Virus record (IMG/VR): IMGVR_UViG_3300045988_109366 | Coordinates: 85,042-149,041 of that record | Source: a virus | Reading direction: 5' to 3' (one strand) | Length of the DNA: 64,000 nt | Shown here: positions 24,930 to 35,055 of the stretch, piece after piece | Numbering within the stretch: the first letter of the stretch is position 1 | Layout: the number at the start of each line of letters is the position of its first letter | Translations under genes and position numbers: made by a program | Notes under the pieces: model-generated | Told to the model about the DNA's origin: nothing | The model's database searches: none | Seen by the model: the letters and a program-made list of their open reading frames with translations, nothing else

Positions 24930-26255
24930 CTGGCAGATAGTTTAATACTTTCATGCCTTACATTTTTTCATCTTTGAATATTTAAATTAAAATATAGTGC
25001 ATTATGTTAATATCTTATAAATATAGAATTTATCCGACAGAAGAACAGAAGGTTTTGTTTGCCAAGACTTTCGGATGCTGCCGTTTTGTCTATAACTGGG
25101 CACTCAACCTAAAGATTGAAGCATATAAGCAGGGAAAGAAGTCCGTATCATACAAGGAAGTGCAGGATCGGATGGTAAACGAGCTGAAAAAGGAGAATAA
25201 ATGGCTGGCCGAGGTTAATTCGCAATCTCTTCTTAATTCTATCCGCAATCTTGATGCCGCCTATAAAAACTTCTTTCGTGATACTCATGCAATGGGGTTC
25301 CCACGTTTCAAGAGTCGAAAGAATAAGCAAAGTTTTCAATGTCCGCAACATTGTAGCGTGGACTTTATCAATGAGACCATTTCCATACCCAAGGCAAAAG
25401 ATATTCCTGCCGTGCTGCATCGCAAGTTCAAAGGTACGGTGAAAACCGTCACCGTCAGCATGACACCTTCGGGCAAATACTTTGCTTCCGTATTGGTTGA
25501 TACGGCTATCCATGAACTTCCGGCAATGACCATACAAGGTGATACGACTTTGGGTATAGACTTGGGTATCAAATCTCTTGCCGTATGTTCTGATGGACGC
25601 ACGTTTGACAATCCCAAAAACTTGAAGAGAAATCTTGATCGCTTGAAGTTTTTGCAAAAGCGGTTGAGCCGCAAACAGAAAGGATCATCCAACCGTAACA
25701 GGGAGCGTATTAAGGTTGCCAAATTACAGGAACACATAGCCAACAGACGTAGGGACAATCTTCATAAAATCACTTATGCGCTGACACACGATAGCCAAGT
25801 GCGTACCATCTGCATGGAGGATTTGAACGTGAAAGGAATGCAGCGTAACCATCACCTTGCACAGGCGGTCGGTGATGCTTCTTTCGGTATGTTCCTGACG
25901 ATGCTTGAATACAAGTGCAGGTGGTATGGTGTGAACCTCATAAAGATAGACCGATTTGCTCCGAGTTCGAAGACCTGCGGCAAATGTGGATATATCTATA
26001 AAGGATTGAAATTGAACGAGCGAAAATGGACTTGCCCGGAATGTGGCACACATCACGACCGGGATTTCAATGCCGCTTGCAATATCAAGGAATTTGGCTT
26101 GAAAGCCCTACCCACGGAGCGTGGGAAAGTCAAGCCTGTGGACTGTCCTCTTGTGGATGATAGACCTCGTGTCCTAAAAAGCAATGGCAGGAAGAAGCAG
26201 GAAAAGGAAGTAGATGATATTTCTATACACTCATGTTTTAGGCGCGAGAAGCTCA
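24930..26255 (+). mobile_element. IS200/IS605-family TnpB-only element (boundaries approximate)
   Basis: The tnpB ORF plus flanks is visibly more GC-rich than the surrounding phage DNA. The right limit is inferred from the portal promoter at 26262. Confidence 0.45.
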
Positions 26256-26284
26256 CTAACTTATCTTTGCTAAAAAATAATTAG
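25004..26284 (+). CDS. tnpB: TnpB (OrfB) RNA-guided endonuclease family protein
   Basis: N-terminus YKYRIYPTEEQ. RuvC residues sit in GIDLGIK, CMEDLNVKGM and HDRDFNAACNI. The zinc ribbon is CGKCG...CPECG. Confidence 0.9.
   Translation: MLISYKYRIYPTEEQKVLFAKTFGCCRFVYNWALNLKIEAYKQGKKSVSYKEVQDRMVNELKKENKWLAEVNSQSLLNSIRNLDAAYKNFFRDTHAMGFPRFKSRKNKQSFQCPQHCSVDFINETISIPKAKDIPAVLHRKFKGTVKTVTVSMTPSGKYFASVLVDTAIHELPAMTIQGDTTLGIDLGIKSLAVCSDGRTFDNPKNLKRNLDRLKFLQKRLSRKQKGSSNRNRERIKVAKLQEHIANRRRDNLHKITYALTHDSQVRTICMEDLNVKGMQRNHHLAQAVGDASFGMFLTMLEYKCRWYGVNLIKIDRFAPSSKTCGKCGYIYKGLKLNERKWTCPECGTHHDRDFNAACNIKEFGLKALPTERGKVKPVDCPLVDDRPRVLKSNGRKKQEKEVDDISIHSCFRREKLTNLSLLKNN
26262..26269 (+). promoter_or_regulatory. 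-7 box TATCTTTG upstream of the portal gene
   Basis: 22 nt before ATG 26291. It lies inside the last codons of the tnpB ORF. Confidence 0.45.
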
Positions 26285-26290
26285 ATTGAC

Positions 26291-29053
26291 ATGGAGATTT
26301 TCAATAGAGATCATTCGTTTCCAGCAAAAGGAGCGTTATTAGGATTACCTCCTCAAGCTATTTCCACGAAGAAAAAGAACAGGAAGTGGAAAGAGGATTG
26401 TATGGACGCTCTTGAGACGATAGGATTGAAACAGTATGATCGCAACCAGATGTACCGTGACTATTATCTAATGGCGGATGGTAAGTTATCTTTTATGGAG
26501 ATGGCGGATGTCATCCCTCAGCTAAGGAACGTACAGAAGTTAAGGAGTGATATAAGGATACCCTCTTTCTTGAAGCATTATGATATCATAGGTGGTATTG
26601 TAAACGCTTTTGAGGGATGGCTGACAAACCTACAGGATAAGTATACGGTTAACGAGGTAGGGGATATGGCTATAAGTGAGTATGAGGATACGATGTCAAA
26701 CTTACTTCATCGTCATATACAAGAACAGTGGGATATTATCGTTAATCAGCGTCTTGTGGAGGCAGGACTTGATCCTACATACAATGAGTTCAACTCCGAG
26801 GAGGAACGTCAGGCTTACGCAGATCAAATACAACAGGCCAAGGCGTCTATGACCCCTGATGATATCCAGAGGTTCATGAGTACAAGATGGAAGACGCAGG
26901 CGGCAGTATGGGGGGATCATACGATCGAGGCTGACCGTAGCCGGTTTTATATGGATGAGCTTGACAGGGAGAATTTCCGGGATCGTCTTCTTAGTGGAAA
27001 GATGTTCCGTAATCATTTCGTTGGCTTCGACTACTATCGTCCGGAGGTATGGAGTCCGATGGAGGTATTCCATCCTGACGTGAAATACCCGCAATACGGA
27101 TCTTATGTGGGCCGTATTCATTATTACGAGGGTGTTGAGCTGATATCAAGATACGGCCATAAGATGACGGCCAAGGACAAGCGTCGTATTATGGGCGGTG
27201 ATGATGATTATGAGGGATGGGTATCTAATGACGGTACTAGGTATGATCAGAAGAAAAAGAAGCCGTCTATTACCGGTATGTACGAGAATGAGGTTATTCC
27301 ATGGAAAGGATACCATGATTATGAGTCTATAGTCGCCGCTGAGGACTATTATGGTGTTCCGATGGGCGAGTACCACACCTTCGGGCCGGACGGGGAGGAA
27401 CACACCCAGCCCCGCTTCTTGCCCCGCTTCCATCCATTTGGCTATTTTAACTCTGACATGTCCAATGGCAAGAGATATGAGATAGACTCTCGCCTTTTTA
27501 GGGTAATGGAAGGATATTGGGTATCCATGAAACCGGTATTCTTAATAACTTACATGACGGATACCGGTATGGTAGATCAGGAGCTTGTTACCGACGAGCT
27601 TCTCCCGGAGTTCTTGGAGAAGAACGGTATCAAGAAAGTGAAGAGGGTTATGGCTGAAGCCGTCAGTGATCCTGAGGTGAACACCTATATCTTGGAGTAT
27701 GTTCCTGAGGTTAGGTTTGGCGTTAAGATCACCGGAGGTAATTTAATGGATAAACCTATATATATTGGTGGGGATCCAATACCTCATCAGATACATGGTG
27801 ACAGCAGTCTGTATGATTATGTCATTCCGGTTTCGGGATTTATAGGGGCTAGTCTCGCTGATCGCATACAGCCGTTCCAGATGATGTATAACCTTGCCAT
27901 GAACCAGCTATACAATAACGCCGAGAAGGAGATCGGTAAGTTCTTCTTAGGCGACTTAGGATTCCTGCCTACGGAATATAAGGATATGATGGACAAGAAG
28001 GGAGCTTTGGCTACTTTTATGCAGATTGTTAAGTCCGTCTCATTTATGGGTGTAGGTGGTAATGACACAAACAATCCTTACCAGAATCCGCAGATGAGCA
28101 GCATATATAATCAGTTCGGTGTATATGATCTTACTAATACGGATCAGATAAGATCCCGTATGGAAATGGCGTCTTACGCCTATATGATGGCTTATAGGAT
28201 GATAGGTATATCCGAGCAAGCGATGGGTCAGTCAACTAGATACGAGAGTTCTACGGGCGTAAAACAGGGAGTTAACGCTACTATGCTACAGACCCAGACT
28301 TACTTTAATGATTTCGATGACTTCAAGAAACGGACATTGGATATTCATCTAGCCGTGGCTCAAGTATGCCAGAAGGAAGGATACGATTGGACCGTGATGT
28401 ACAGGAACAGCGATCTATCCTTGGCTTACGTCAGTCTTACGGATAATAGCTTGTCGTTACGTCATCTTAATGTTATGGCTGTCTCTAATTCCAAGAAACG
28501 TCTGGAATTGGAGAATTTGAAGCAATATATATTACAGACAAATACGTTAGGTAATGACTTGCTTGATATCACTAGAATGATGAATGCCAACTCAACGGCT
28601 GAGATGAATCAGATAGGAAGGGATGCCAGATCTTACGCAGATCGTGTAAGACAGGAGGAGTACCAGAATCAACAACGACTTGTACAGCAAAAAGCCGAGG
28701 CCGATCAACAGGCCCGTAATGACGAGCATGAGAAGGAGAAGGAGCTGGCTTATATCAAGGGTAACTTCGATTTACGGGGTAAGAGCATAATGGCCGCCGG
28801 TCAAGCGGCTAGGACACAAGATAACGCAGAGGGTATGGATTATGTGGAAGCTATAGCGGATCGAGCCTTGAAGGAAAGGGATCTGGATATCCGTGAGGAG
28901 GATATGAGAACCAGACAGGCTAATGCCGAGGCTGAGCGAAGATCTCGTGAGGAGATAGAGAAAAGGAAGTTGGAATTAAAGGAAAAGGAGATAGACGCTA
29001 GAAACAAACGTTCTGATACAGATAGGTTTACGTCAATAATAAACAAGAATTGA
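26291..29053 (+). CDS. putative portal protein
   Basis: 920-aa ORF next after TerL once the IS is discounted, with a long charged coiled C-terminus. The call rests on position and size only. Confidence 0.55.
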   Translation: MEIFNRDHSFPAKGALLGLPPQAISTKKKNRKWKEDCMDALETIGLKQYDRNQMYRDYYLMADGKLSFMEMADVIPQLRNVQKLRSDIRIPSFLKHYDIIGGIVNAFEGWLTNLQDKYTVNEVGDMAISEYEDTMSNLLHRHIQEQWDIIVNQRLVEAGLDPTYNEFNSEEERQAYADQIQQAKASMTPDDIQRFMSTRWKTQAAVWGDHTIEADRSRFYMDELDRENFRDRLLSGKMFRNHFVGFDYYRPEVWSPMEVFHPDVKYPQYGSYVGRIHYYEGVELISRYGHKMTAKDKRRIMGGDDDYEGWVSNDGTRYDQKKKKPSITGMYENEVIPWKGYHDYESIVAAEDYYGVPMGEYHTFGPDGEEHTQPRFLPRFHPFGYFNSDMSNGKRYEIDSRLFRVMEGYWVSMKPVFLITYMTDTGMVDQELVTDELLPEFLEKNGIKKVKRVMAEAVSDPEVNTYILEYVPEVRFGVKITGGNLMDKPIYIGGDPIPHQIHGDSSLYDYVIPVSGFIGASLADRIQPFQMMYNLAMNQLYNNAEKEIGKFFLGDLGFLPTEYKDMMDKKGALATFMQIVKSVSFMGVGGNDTNNPYQNPQMSSIYNQFGVYDLTNTDQIRSRMEMASYAYMMAYRMIGISEQAMGQSTRYESSTGVKQGVNATMLQTQTYFNDFDDFKKRTLDIHLAVAQVCQKEGYDWTVMYRNSDLSLAYVSLTDNSLSLRHLNVMAVSNSKKRLELENLKQYILQTNTLGNDLLDITRMMNANSTAEMNQIGRDARSYADRVRQEEYQNQQRLVQQKAEADQQARNDEHEKEKELAYIKGNFDLRGKSIMAAGQAARTQDNAEGMDYVEAIADRALKERDLDIREEDMRTRQANAEAERRSREEIEKRKLELKEKEIDARNKRSDTDRFTSIINKN

Positions 29054-29097
29054 TTACAAGTTTTGTAAATATTTTTACAAAACTTGTAATCATTTTG
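29052..29097 (+). terminator. perfect 18-bp AT-rich hairpin, terminator or operator
   Basis: GATTACAAGTTTTGTAAA, loop tatt, then TTTACAAAACTTGTAATC, followed by ATTTTGG. Confidence 0.55.
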
Positions 29098-29156
29098 GCG
29101 TAAAATTCTGTCATATACTATAATGGGTTTGATTTAATTGGTAATTGGATTAATAA

Positions 29157-29164
29157 TACTTTTG
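29157..29164 (+). promoter_or_regulatory. -7 box TACTTTTG
   Basis: 24 nt before ATG 29188. Confidence 0.45.
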
Positions 29165-29187
29165 TAAAAAGCAAAAAAGGAAATTGT

Positions 29188-30345
29188 ATGAATGACATGG
29201 GTGATTTCGCTAAGGGTTTTAAGACCATGAGTGTCGAGGAACTTTTTTACCGTGGTGACGGTGATGGCGATAAGAATAATATTGAGGGTAAATATGATAA
29301 GGATGGTAATCCTATAGGTGATACCAAGGAAGAGCCTGCCGACGGCGGATCGGCTGACGGTGGTGGGGATAAGGGCGGCGATGCTACCACCCCAGACCCT
29401 GATTCCCTTGGCGAAGGCGGTACTGATGATAATAACGTGGTATCAGGATTTAACGGAAAATCTTTCTTGGAGAAGATGGCTGCCAGAGGTATCATAGACA
29501 GTATCGAGAACCTAGATATTATGGTAGATGATAAACCAGTTGATCTTTCTACTATCACGAAAGAGGATGATCTACTCGATATAGTGGAGGGATTGATCAA
29601 GGACAAGGCCGATGAGTTGTTGAAAGACAAGGTTGATACCGGCTCGATGTCTGATTTCATGAAGAAGATGATAGAGGTGGATAAGGCCGGTGGTAACGTT
29701 GGCCAACTATTAAGCCAATATCAGAGTATTCAGGCTCCGTTGGATAACCTTGATATGAGTAATAAAAATGATCAGCTTGCGGTTATCCAGCATTATTATA
29801 AGATGCTGGGTATGCCGGAAGACGAGATAAAGGATAATATGGAAATGATGATTGGCAAGGGCGATGAGTTTATCGAGTCCAAGGCCAATAAGTTCCATGA
29901 TATCCTTAAAAAGGAGATGGATAACCTTATCGAGGAGGAGAAGAAAAAATCCGAGAAAAGGAAACAGGAGTTGATTGAGCAGATGAAGATCTATAAGAAA
30001 GGTCTAAAGACATCTATAAGCTCAGGATTCCAGTTGACTGACACGATGATAGGTAAGGCTGTCGATTTCGTTACCAAGCCGATAGACAATCAAGGTCATA
30101 CGGCTATAGATAAAGCTTATTCCGAGGCTATCAAGAATCCGGATATGGCCGCTGATTTGGCCTTGTTCTTGATGAATAAGGACGAGTTCCTTAAACAGAA
30201 AACCAACAAGGCTAAGATGGAGGTCAATAAGAAGACCATCACTCTTCTTTCTGGCAATAAGGGAGGAAAGCAGAATAAGACTAATATCGATAACGATACT
30301 ATAGAAGCTAACTTCCTTGATCTTAGTGGATCAAAGAGTGTATAA
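29188..30345 (+). CDS. scaffold-like protein (acidic, Gly/Asp-rich N-terminus, charged helical remainder)
   Basis: 385 aa, lying between the portal and the capsid-like gene. The call rests on composition and position only. Confidence 0.45.
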   Translation: MNDMGDFAKGFKTMSVEELFYRGDGDGDKNNIEGKYDKDGNPIGDTKEEPADGGSADGGGDKGGDATTPDPDSLGEGGTDDNNVVSGFNGKSFLEKMAARGIIDSIENLDIMVDDKPVDLSTITKEDDLLDIVEGLIKDKADELLKDKVDTGSMSDFMKKMIEVDKAGGNVGQLLSQYQSIQAPLDNLDMSNKNDQLAVIQHYYKMLGMPEDEIKDNMEMMIGKGDEFIESKANKFHDILKKEMDNLIEEEKKKSEKRKQELIEQMKIYKKGLKTSISSGFQLTDTMIGKAVDFVTKPIDNQGHTAIDKAYSEAIKNPDMAADLALFLMNKDEFLKQKTNKAKMEVNKKTITLLSGNKGGKQNKTNIDNDTIEANFLDLSGSKSV

Positions 30346-30363
30346 CGTTTAAATATATTGAAA

Positions 30364-32067
30364 ATGAATCCGTTTCTTACAAAAAGTTTCCCGGCTACCG
30401 TGAATGGCGATAACGTTATTGCCTTTACCGATGCCAAGAACTATAAGACTTCGCTTGTAGAGCATAACTTAGGCTCATTGGCGAGCTGGTATTATGAGGA
30501 TCCTGACAAGAATCATCTGGGTCTGTTGAATCTGTTCTCTAATATCGCTAATTACCCTGTACCGATGTATATGGGTATGATTAATAACGGCGCTACGATC
30601 TCCGTTAACGGTATTGGAGCTTCTTTCCGTTATGATCTTCCTGTTACAAAGACATTCGCTGTCGTTACGGCAGAGGATACTTCAGGTCATCACCTGAAAC
30701 CGGGTATTGATGGTAGCTTGTTTGATATCGTTTTGAATACATCTGAGTTTACGGCTTATGATGTTATTACCTACGATGCTGCTAACGGTTGTAATATCCT
30801 TATCTCAGGTGAGATCCCGTCTAAGACAGAAGGTGACTTGACACGTTATTGGTGTCGTGTTATCGGCGGTAAGGCTAAATACTTCCCCAAAGAGAAACTA
30901 CGCCCTGGTATCCGTTACTGGAAGATCGGTCATGCTTTAGGTGAGTACAGCACTCAGTTCTCCAAGGTATCTGGAGCCGATAAGGCCGGTTCCATGACCT
31001 GTGAGTTCCGTTTAGGTAACCACCGTGGTGTTGAGGGCGAGACAACTATGTACGCTGGTATGAAGTCCATGCAGGCCGCCCAGAATAGCACTTCAGAGTT
31101 CGTGGAGACTGCCCTTCGTCGTATGAATGCCATGAGAAGCGAGTATGAGGGTAATATTCCTGATTTGGCTATTATCGGTAGGACGGTTAATGGTAGACTT
31201 GATTTACGTACGGCTAAGGTAGCGTCCACGCTGGAGGTATTCTGTATGGCTGAGTTGGTTAAGCTGGAAGCTAGACAGTTGATGTGGCAAGAAGGTGGTA
31301 TTATTATGGATCAAAATGGTCCTATCCATTTGAATGAGGGTATCTACCGTCAGCTTCGCCGTGGTTACACTATCTACTATAGCCGTCCGATGGGTATTAC
31401 TAAGGATACGCTTATGGCTGCCGCAGCTTATATTTTCCGTGGACGTCAGGATCTTCCTATTACGGAACGTAAGATTAAGTTCAAGGTAGGAGCTATGGCT
31501 ATGATCAATTTAGAGAAGTTGATCAGGGAATCGTTCTTCACTACCTTGCAGAACTTAAGCTGGGGTATGGGAAGCGATAGGATGTTGCCTTCTAATCCTA
31601 TTTCAGGTACTAACGACGCCATGATCTTAGGTCCGGTTCAGGTTAAGGGAGCTTTCATCCCGGGCATCGGTAATGTTGAGTTCGAGCACGATCCTTCTTT
31701 GGATTACGCTGACATGACAGATCGTAGCGAGTTAGTGAATGGCATGTATCCTAGATCATCTTATTCTTGTATTATCGAGAATATCACTGACGCTGGATCA
31801 ACTAACGCATATTCCGCTATTCCTAATACGGCTAACGCTAAGTTAGGTAATATGAATAACAACGTATTCTATATCAAACCAGAAGGCGTAAGCATGTGGT
31901 GGGGTTATGAGTACGGTCGTTGGGCGCACAAAGCTAACGGTAATGAGATCGTATCATCCTTGCCGGGCATGAAAGAGCAATTCTGGTGTCATTCTGCTTC
32001 CGCAGCATGGGTTATGGATAATAGTAAGTTCTTGATTATCGAGCTTCAACCGAACTACTTCGGCTAA
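30364..32067 (+). CDS. putative major capsid protein
   Basis: 567 aa from ATG 30364. It follows the scaffold-like gene, uses codons typical of highly expressed genes (cgt and ggt rich), and is followed by a strong terminator. Confidence 0.5.
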   Translation: MNPFLTKSFPATVNGDNVIAFTDAKNYKTSLVEHNLGSLASWYYEDPDKNHLGLLNLFSNIANYPVPMYMGMINNGATISVNGIGASFRYDLPVTKTFAVVTAEDTSGHHLKPGIDGSLFDIVLNTSEFTAYDVITYDAANGCNILISGEIPSKTEGDLTRYWCRVIGGKAKYFPKEKLRPGIRYWKIGHALGEYSTQFSKVSGADKAGSMTCEFRLGNHRGVEGETTMYAGMKSMQAAQNSTSEFVETALRRMNAMRSEYEGNIPDLAIIGRTVNGRLDLRTAKVASTLEVFCMAELVKLEARQLMWQEGGIIMDQNGPIHLNEGIYRQLRRGYTIYYSRPMGITKDTLMAAAAYIFRGRQDLPITERKIKFKVGAMAMINLEKLIRESFFTTLQNLSWGMGSDRMLPSNPISGTNDAMILGPVQVKGAFIPGIGNVEFEHDPSLDYADMTDRSELVNGMYPRSSYSCIIENITDAGSTNAYSAIPNTANAKLGNMNNNVFYIKPEGVSMWWGYEYGRWAHKANGNEIVSSLPGMKEQFWCHSASAAWVMDNSKFLIIELQPNYFG

Positions 32068-32094
32068 GTTTTTTATATATGTAATTTGGTTTTT

Positions 32095-32127
32095 AGAGGG
32101 GAGGATATTCCTCTCCTCTTTTTTTTA
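32095..32127 (+). terminator. intrinsic terminator
   Basis: AGAGGGGAGGA, loop tatt, then CCTCTCCTCT, followed by a T-run. Confidence 0.75.
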
Positions 32128-32145
32128 AAGTAACGCAAAAAGGAA

Positions 32146-33210
32146 ATGAAAGAAATTTTAAAATCAAGGAAGGTATTGGCCGAGGTAAACGGTTTCAATA
32201 TCATGTCAGATACCTTATATGAGGTTGTAGGCAAACACGATGGAAGTGCTCCTCAGGCCTTTCAAGACGCTAATATAGCTAAAGCTCCGTTCCCGGAGAA
32301 CGCCACTCACGTATGTTGCCCTTGGGATGATTTCTCCAAGGCCTATAACACCGGTTTTTATCCAAGATCAAGATGCTATAATGGTCTTGACAAGAATGAG
32401 ATCGACAGGCTCGTCAAACAGCGGGTAGATAATATCATGAAGCCTTTCGAGGAAATGTCGCAGATGGATCTATCTCAAACCAATTTAGAATTTTGGGATG
32501 ACGCTAAAGATAAGATCTTCATGGGTAAGGTTTATAATACGGCTAATACCGTAGATCTATTTTATTTATATCTGGCTGTATTTTCCGGCATGTTGACTCC
32601 TCAGGAAATGGATGGTGACCCTATTTTCATGAACTCCATGTTCTGTTTCGTAGAGAAAGACAATATGAAGGATTTCGTTCAGCAGCGTGAGATCAATAAG
32701 ATGAACATCAGCTATAAGTTTATCAGCGCCCTTAAGAAAGGCGGCGACGATCGTCAGGCTGTCATCGATCTTCTTCTTTACATCGGTATCGTAACTCGCC
32801 CGGATTTCACGGAGGATGAGTATTATACAGGATCTCTATCAAACTGGATGAATGAGAAGAAGACCAATGTTGATTATCTGCTTGATATCTGGGATCGGTC
32901 ATTGGAAGGTGATTTCAAGGAAGTTCTTGAGTTTTACCGTATCGTAAACGTCCTTCAACGAAATGGTCGTATCAATATGACTCCATCCGGATTACAATAT
33001 AATGGCCAGATCATAGGGCCTGACGTTCGGACATCCGCTGAGTTCTTGGCTACCAAGAAAGACTTTATTAACATAAAGGCTAATGTATTGGATGAGTATG
33101 AGGAGATCATATCTATGTCTAATATCGATGATAAGTCCAAGACCAAGAAGGTTAAGGATATTAAGAAGAAGGATGACGTAGAGGAAGGTGATAAGGTTAA
33201 GGAGGAATAA
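32146..33210 (+). CDS. structural-module protein, function unknown
   Basis: 354-aa ORF with a Lys/Asp/Glu-rich tail. Confidence 0.55.
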   Translation: MKEILKSRKVLAEVNGFNIMSDTLYEVVGKHDGSAPQAFQDANIAKAPFPENATHVCCPWDDFSKAYNTGFYPRSRCYNGLDKNEIDRLVKQRVDNIMKPFEEMSQMDLSQTNLEFWDDAKDKIFMGKVYNTANTVDLFYLYLAVFSGMLTPQEMDGDPIFMNSMFCFVEKDNMKDFVQQREINKMNISYKFISALKKGGDDRQAVIDLLLYIGIVTRPDFTEDEYYTGSLSNWMNEKKTNVDYLLDIWDRSLEGDFKEVLEFYRIVNVLQRNGRINMTPSGLQYNGQIIGPDVRTSAEFLATKKDFINIKANVLDEYEEIISMSNIDDKSKTKKVKDIKKKDDVEEGDKVKEE

Positions 33211-33212
33211 CG

Positions 33213-33887
33213 ATGACAATCCAAGAAGCATATCTAAGGTCTTTGCAGAAGAACGAGCAGAATCTGGCCAATGGCGGGATTAAGCTTGATCCGGGAAGGT
33301 TCGTGCTGTTGTTCAACGAGGCCCAAGACCGGTTGGTTAAGTACTATCTAAATAGGAAGGATGACGAGACTATACGCTCCATCCAAAACCTTCTTGTTTA
33401 TTGGATGTCGTTGGATAATGCGGGTAGGATAGATGACCCTGAGTCTACGTCCTTTAACTTACCTGACGACTATCTATGGTTCTCTAACATAAAAGGAGTT
33501 TTCTCATACAAAGGGTGTGAGGCCACTGATTTCGTTATGTGGGAGGCTAAGAACGAGAATATCCATGAGCTTCTTGGAGACGAGAATAACCGTCCTTCTT
33601 ATGACTACCGTGAGACATTCTACTCCATAGGGAACGGGAAGGTTGTGGTCTACGAGTCAGGCTTCCGTACCGAGGAGGTTAAGATGACGTACTACCGCCG
33701 TCCTGTCAGGGTGGACCTGTCTGGGTATATCAACGCCGCCGGTATCCAATCCACGGACATCGACCCGGAGCTGCCCGATCCTTTGGTGGAGGAGATTCTG
33801 GATATGGTCGCTAAACAATTCAACCTTAATGAGAATGAATTGTATAGATATAGAATGGATAAGGATAATGTGGCTTCCTTTAAATAA
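33213..33887 (+). CDS. structural-module protein, function unknown
   Basis: 224-aa ORF tightly coupled to the previous gene. Confidence 0.55.
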   Translation: MTIQEAYLRSLQKNEQNLANGGIKLDPGRFVLLFNEAQDRLVKYYLNRKDDETIRSIQNLLVYWMSLDNAGRIDDPESTSFNLPDDYLWFSNIKGVFSYKGCEATDFVMWEAKNENIHELLGDENNRPSYDYRETFYSIGNGKVVVYESGFRTEEVKMTYYRRPVRVDLSGYINAAGIQSTDIDPELPDPLVEEILDMVAKQFNLNENELYRYRMDKDNVASFK

Positions 33888-33907
33888 ACAACGTTAGTTT
33901 TGATTAT

Positions 33908-33942
33908 CCGGCCTGTCAGTTAAAAGACGGGCCGGTTTTTTT
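33908..33942 (+). terminator. intrinsic terminator
   Basis: CCGGCCTGTC...GACGGGCCGG followed by TTTTTTT. It abuts the stop of the convergent gene 33941..34687. Confidence 0.7.
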
Positions 33943-34687
33943 AACATCCTGTCACCGGATTTATATTACCCCATCTTTTTTTCCATTTATCTCCAAGATA
34001 CCTGATTAGGGCATTAAAGTCAGATATGAATCCACTTTCTATCATATCGGATATATACCCTTGGAGCATAACTATTTCTTGCGTCTGGTCAATAGAAGCG
34101 TAATTTCTTATTCCTTCTTCATGTTTACCAAATACCACATAATTCATTCCTTTTGCTATTCTTGATATATATGCTGAAAATTCACTATTTGTTATATTGT
34201 CACATAACAAAGATCTAACATCCTTGCACATTTTTATATATGTATCTCCAGCTATATTCCTGTTTTTAACCAATCCGTCTGTAAGCCATATTACAACAGT
34301 AGCGTATATCTCCGGATCTAGTTCCATTGCTATAGTTACGAAAATATATGGATCTATGAACCATTTTTGATCCCCTCTACCTCCTTTTCTATAGGCTAGT
34401 CCTATTTTTCTAAATTCTTTCAACGTTAGATTATCATAATCTATTCTCTTCTTTAAGCTATCATTACCGTATCCTAATTGAGTCATCAATGCTCTTATCT
34501 TCTCCTTGAACCCTTGATTACGCAATACATCATTTATTTCTTTTGCGGATAAGTTCATTGATTCTCTTTTTTTCTTTATAGAATCCATAGCTTCTGTTAT
34601 ACACACATATCCATCTTTACTCATTATGGATACAGGGCTTCCTAAAAGAGTTCTACTCTCTGATTTTAAAATTAGATTTGATTTCAT
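33941..34687 (-). CDS. KilA-N-like domain protein (paralog of 55036 and 56816)
   Basis: 248 aa. DGYVCITEAM...QKWFIDPYIFVTIAMELDPE matches the KilA-N pattern, and the C-terminal AGDTY...VVFGKHEEGIRN is shared with the paralogs. Confidence 0.65.
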   Translation of the reverse strand: MKSNLILKSESRTLLGSPVSIMSKDGYVCITEAMDSIKKKRESMNLSAKEINDVLRNQGFKEKIRALMTQLGYGNDSLKKRIDYDNLTLKEFRKIGLAYRKGGRGDQKWFIDPYIFVTIAMELDPEIYATVVIWLTDGLVKNRNIAGDTYIKMCKDVRSLLCDNITNSEFSAYISRIAKGMNYVVFGKHEEGIRNYASIDQTQEIVMLQGYISDMIESGFISDFNALIRYLGDKWKKRWGNINPVTGC

Positions 34688-34750
34688 AATTTTGTTTTTA
34701 AAAGTTTATGTAATATCGTGAATCGGTCTGTGATAGATAGATTCACGATG

Positions 34751-34758
34751 CAAATATA
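34751..34758 (-). promoter_or_regulatory. -7 box TATATTTG (minus strand)
   Basis: Plus strand CAAATATA lies in GATGCAAATATAAA, about 65 nt upstream of ATG 34687. Confidence 0.45.
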
Positions 34759-35055
34759 AATAAATGGGATTTACTTTCAAAATATAATATAATTAATTGA
34801 TAATCATGATTATAATAATGGGATTTATTATTTTTGTATATATTATTTGGTATTATTTCTCTGGAATCGGAGAAATCTCCGACTCCAGCAACTATTTATA
34901 TATCAAATAGTTATATAAAAAACATCATAAATTGTTTCTATCGATTATCGTTAATTGTGGTAGTATATCAGTATATCCTATTTACAAAAAGTGTAATCCG
35001 TATTAATATTCATATACTCATGGTTGTACTTTATTGTCGTGATCGTCTTTATTAT

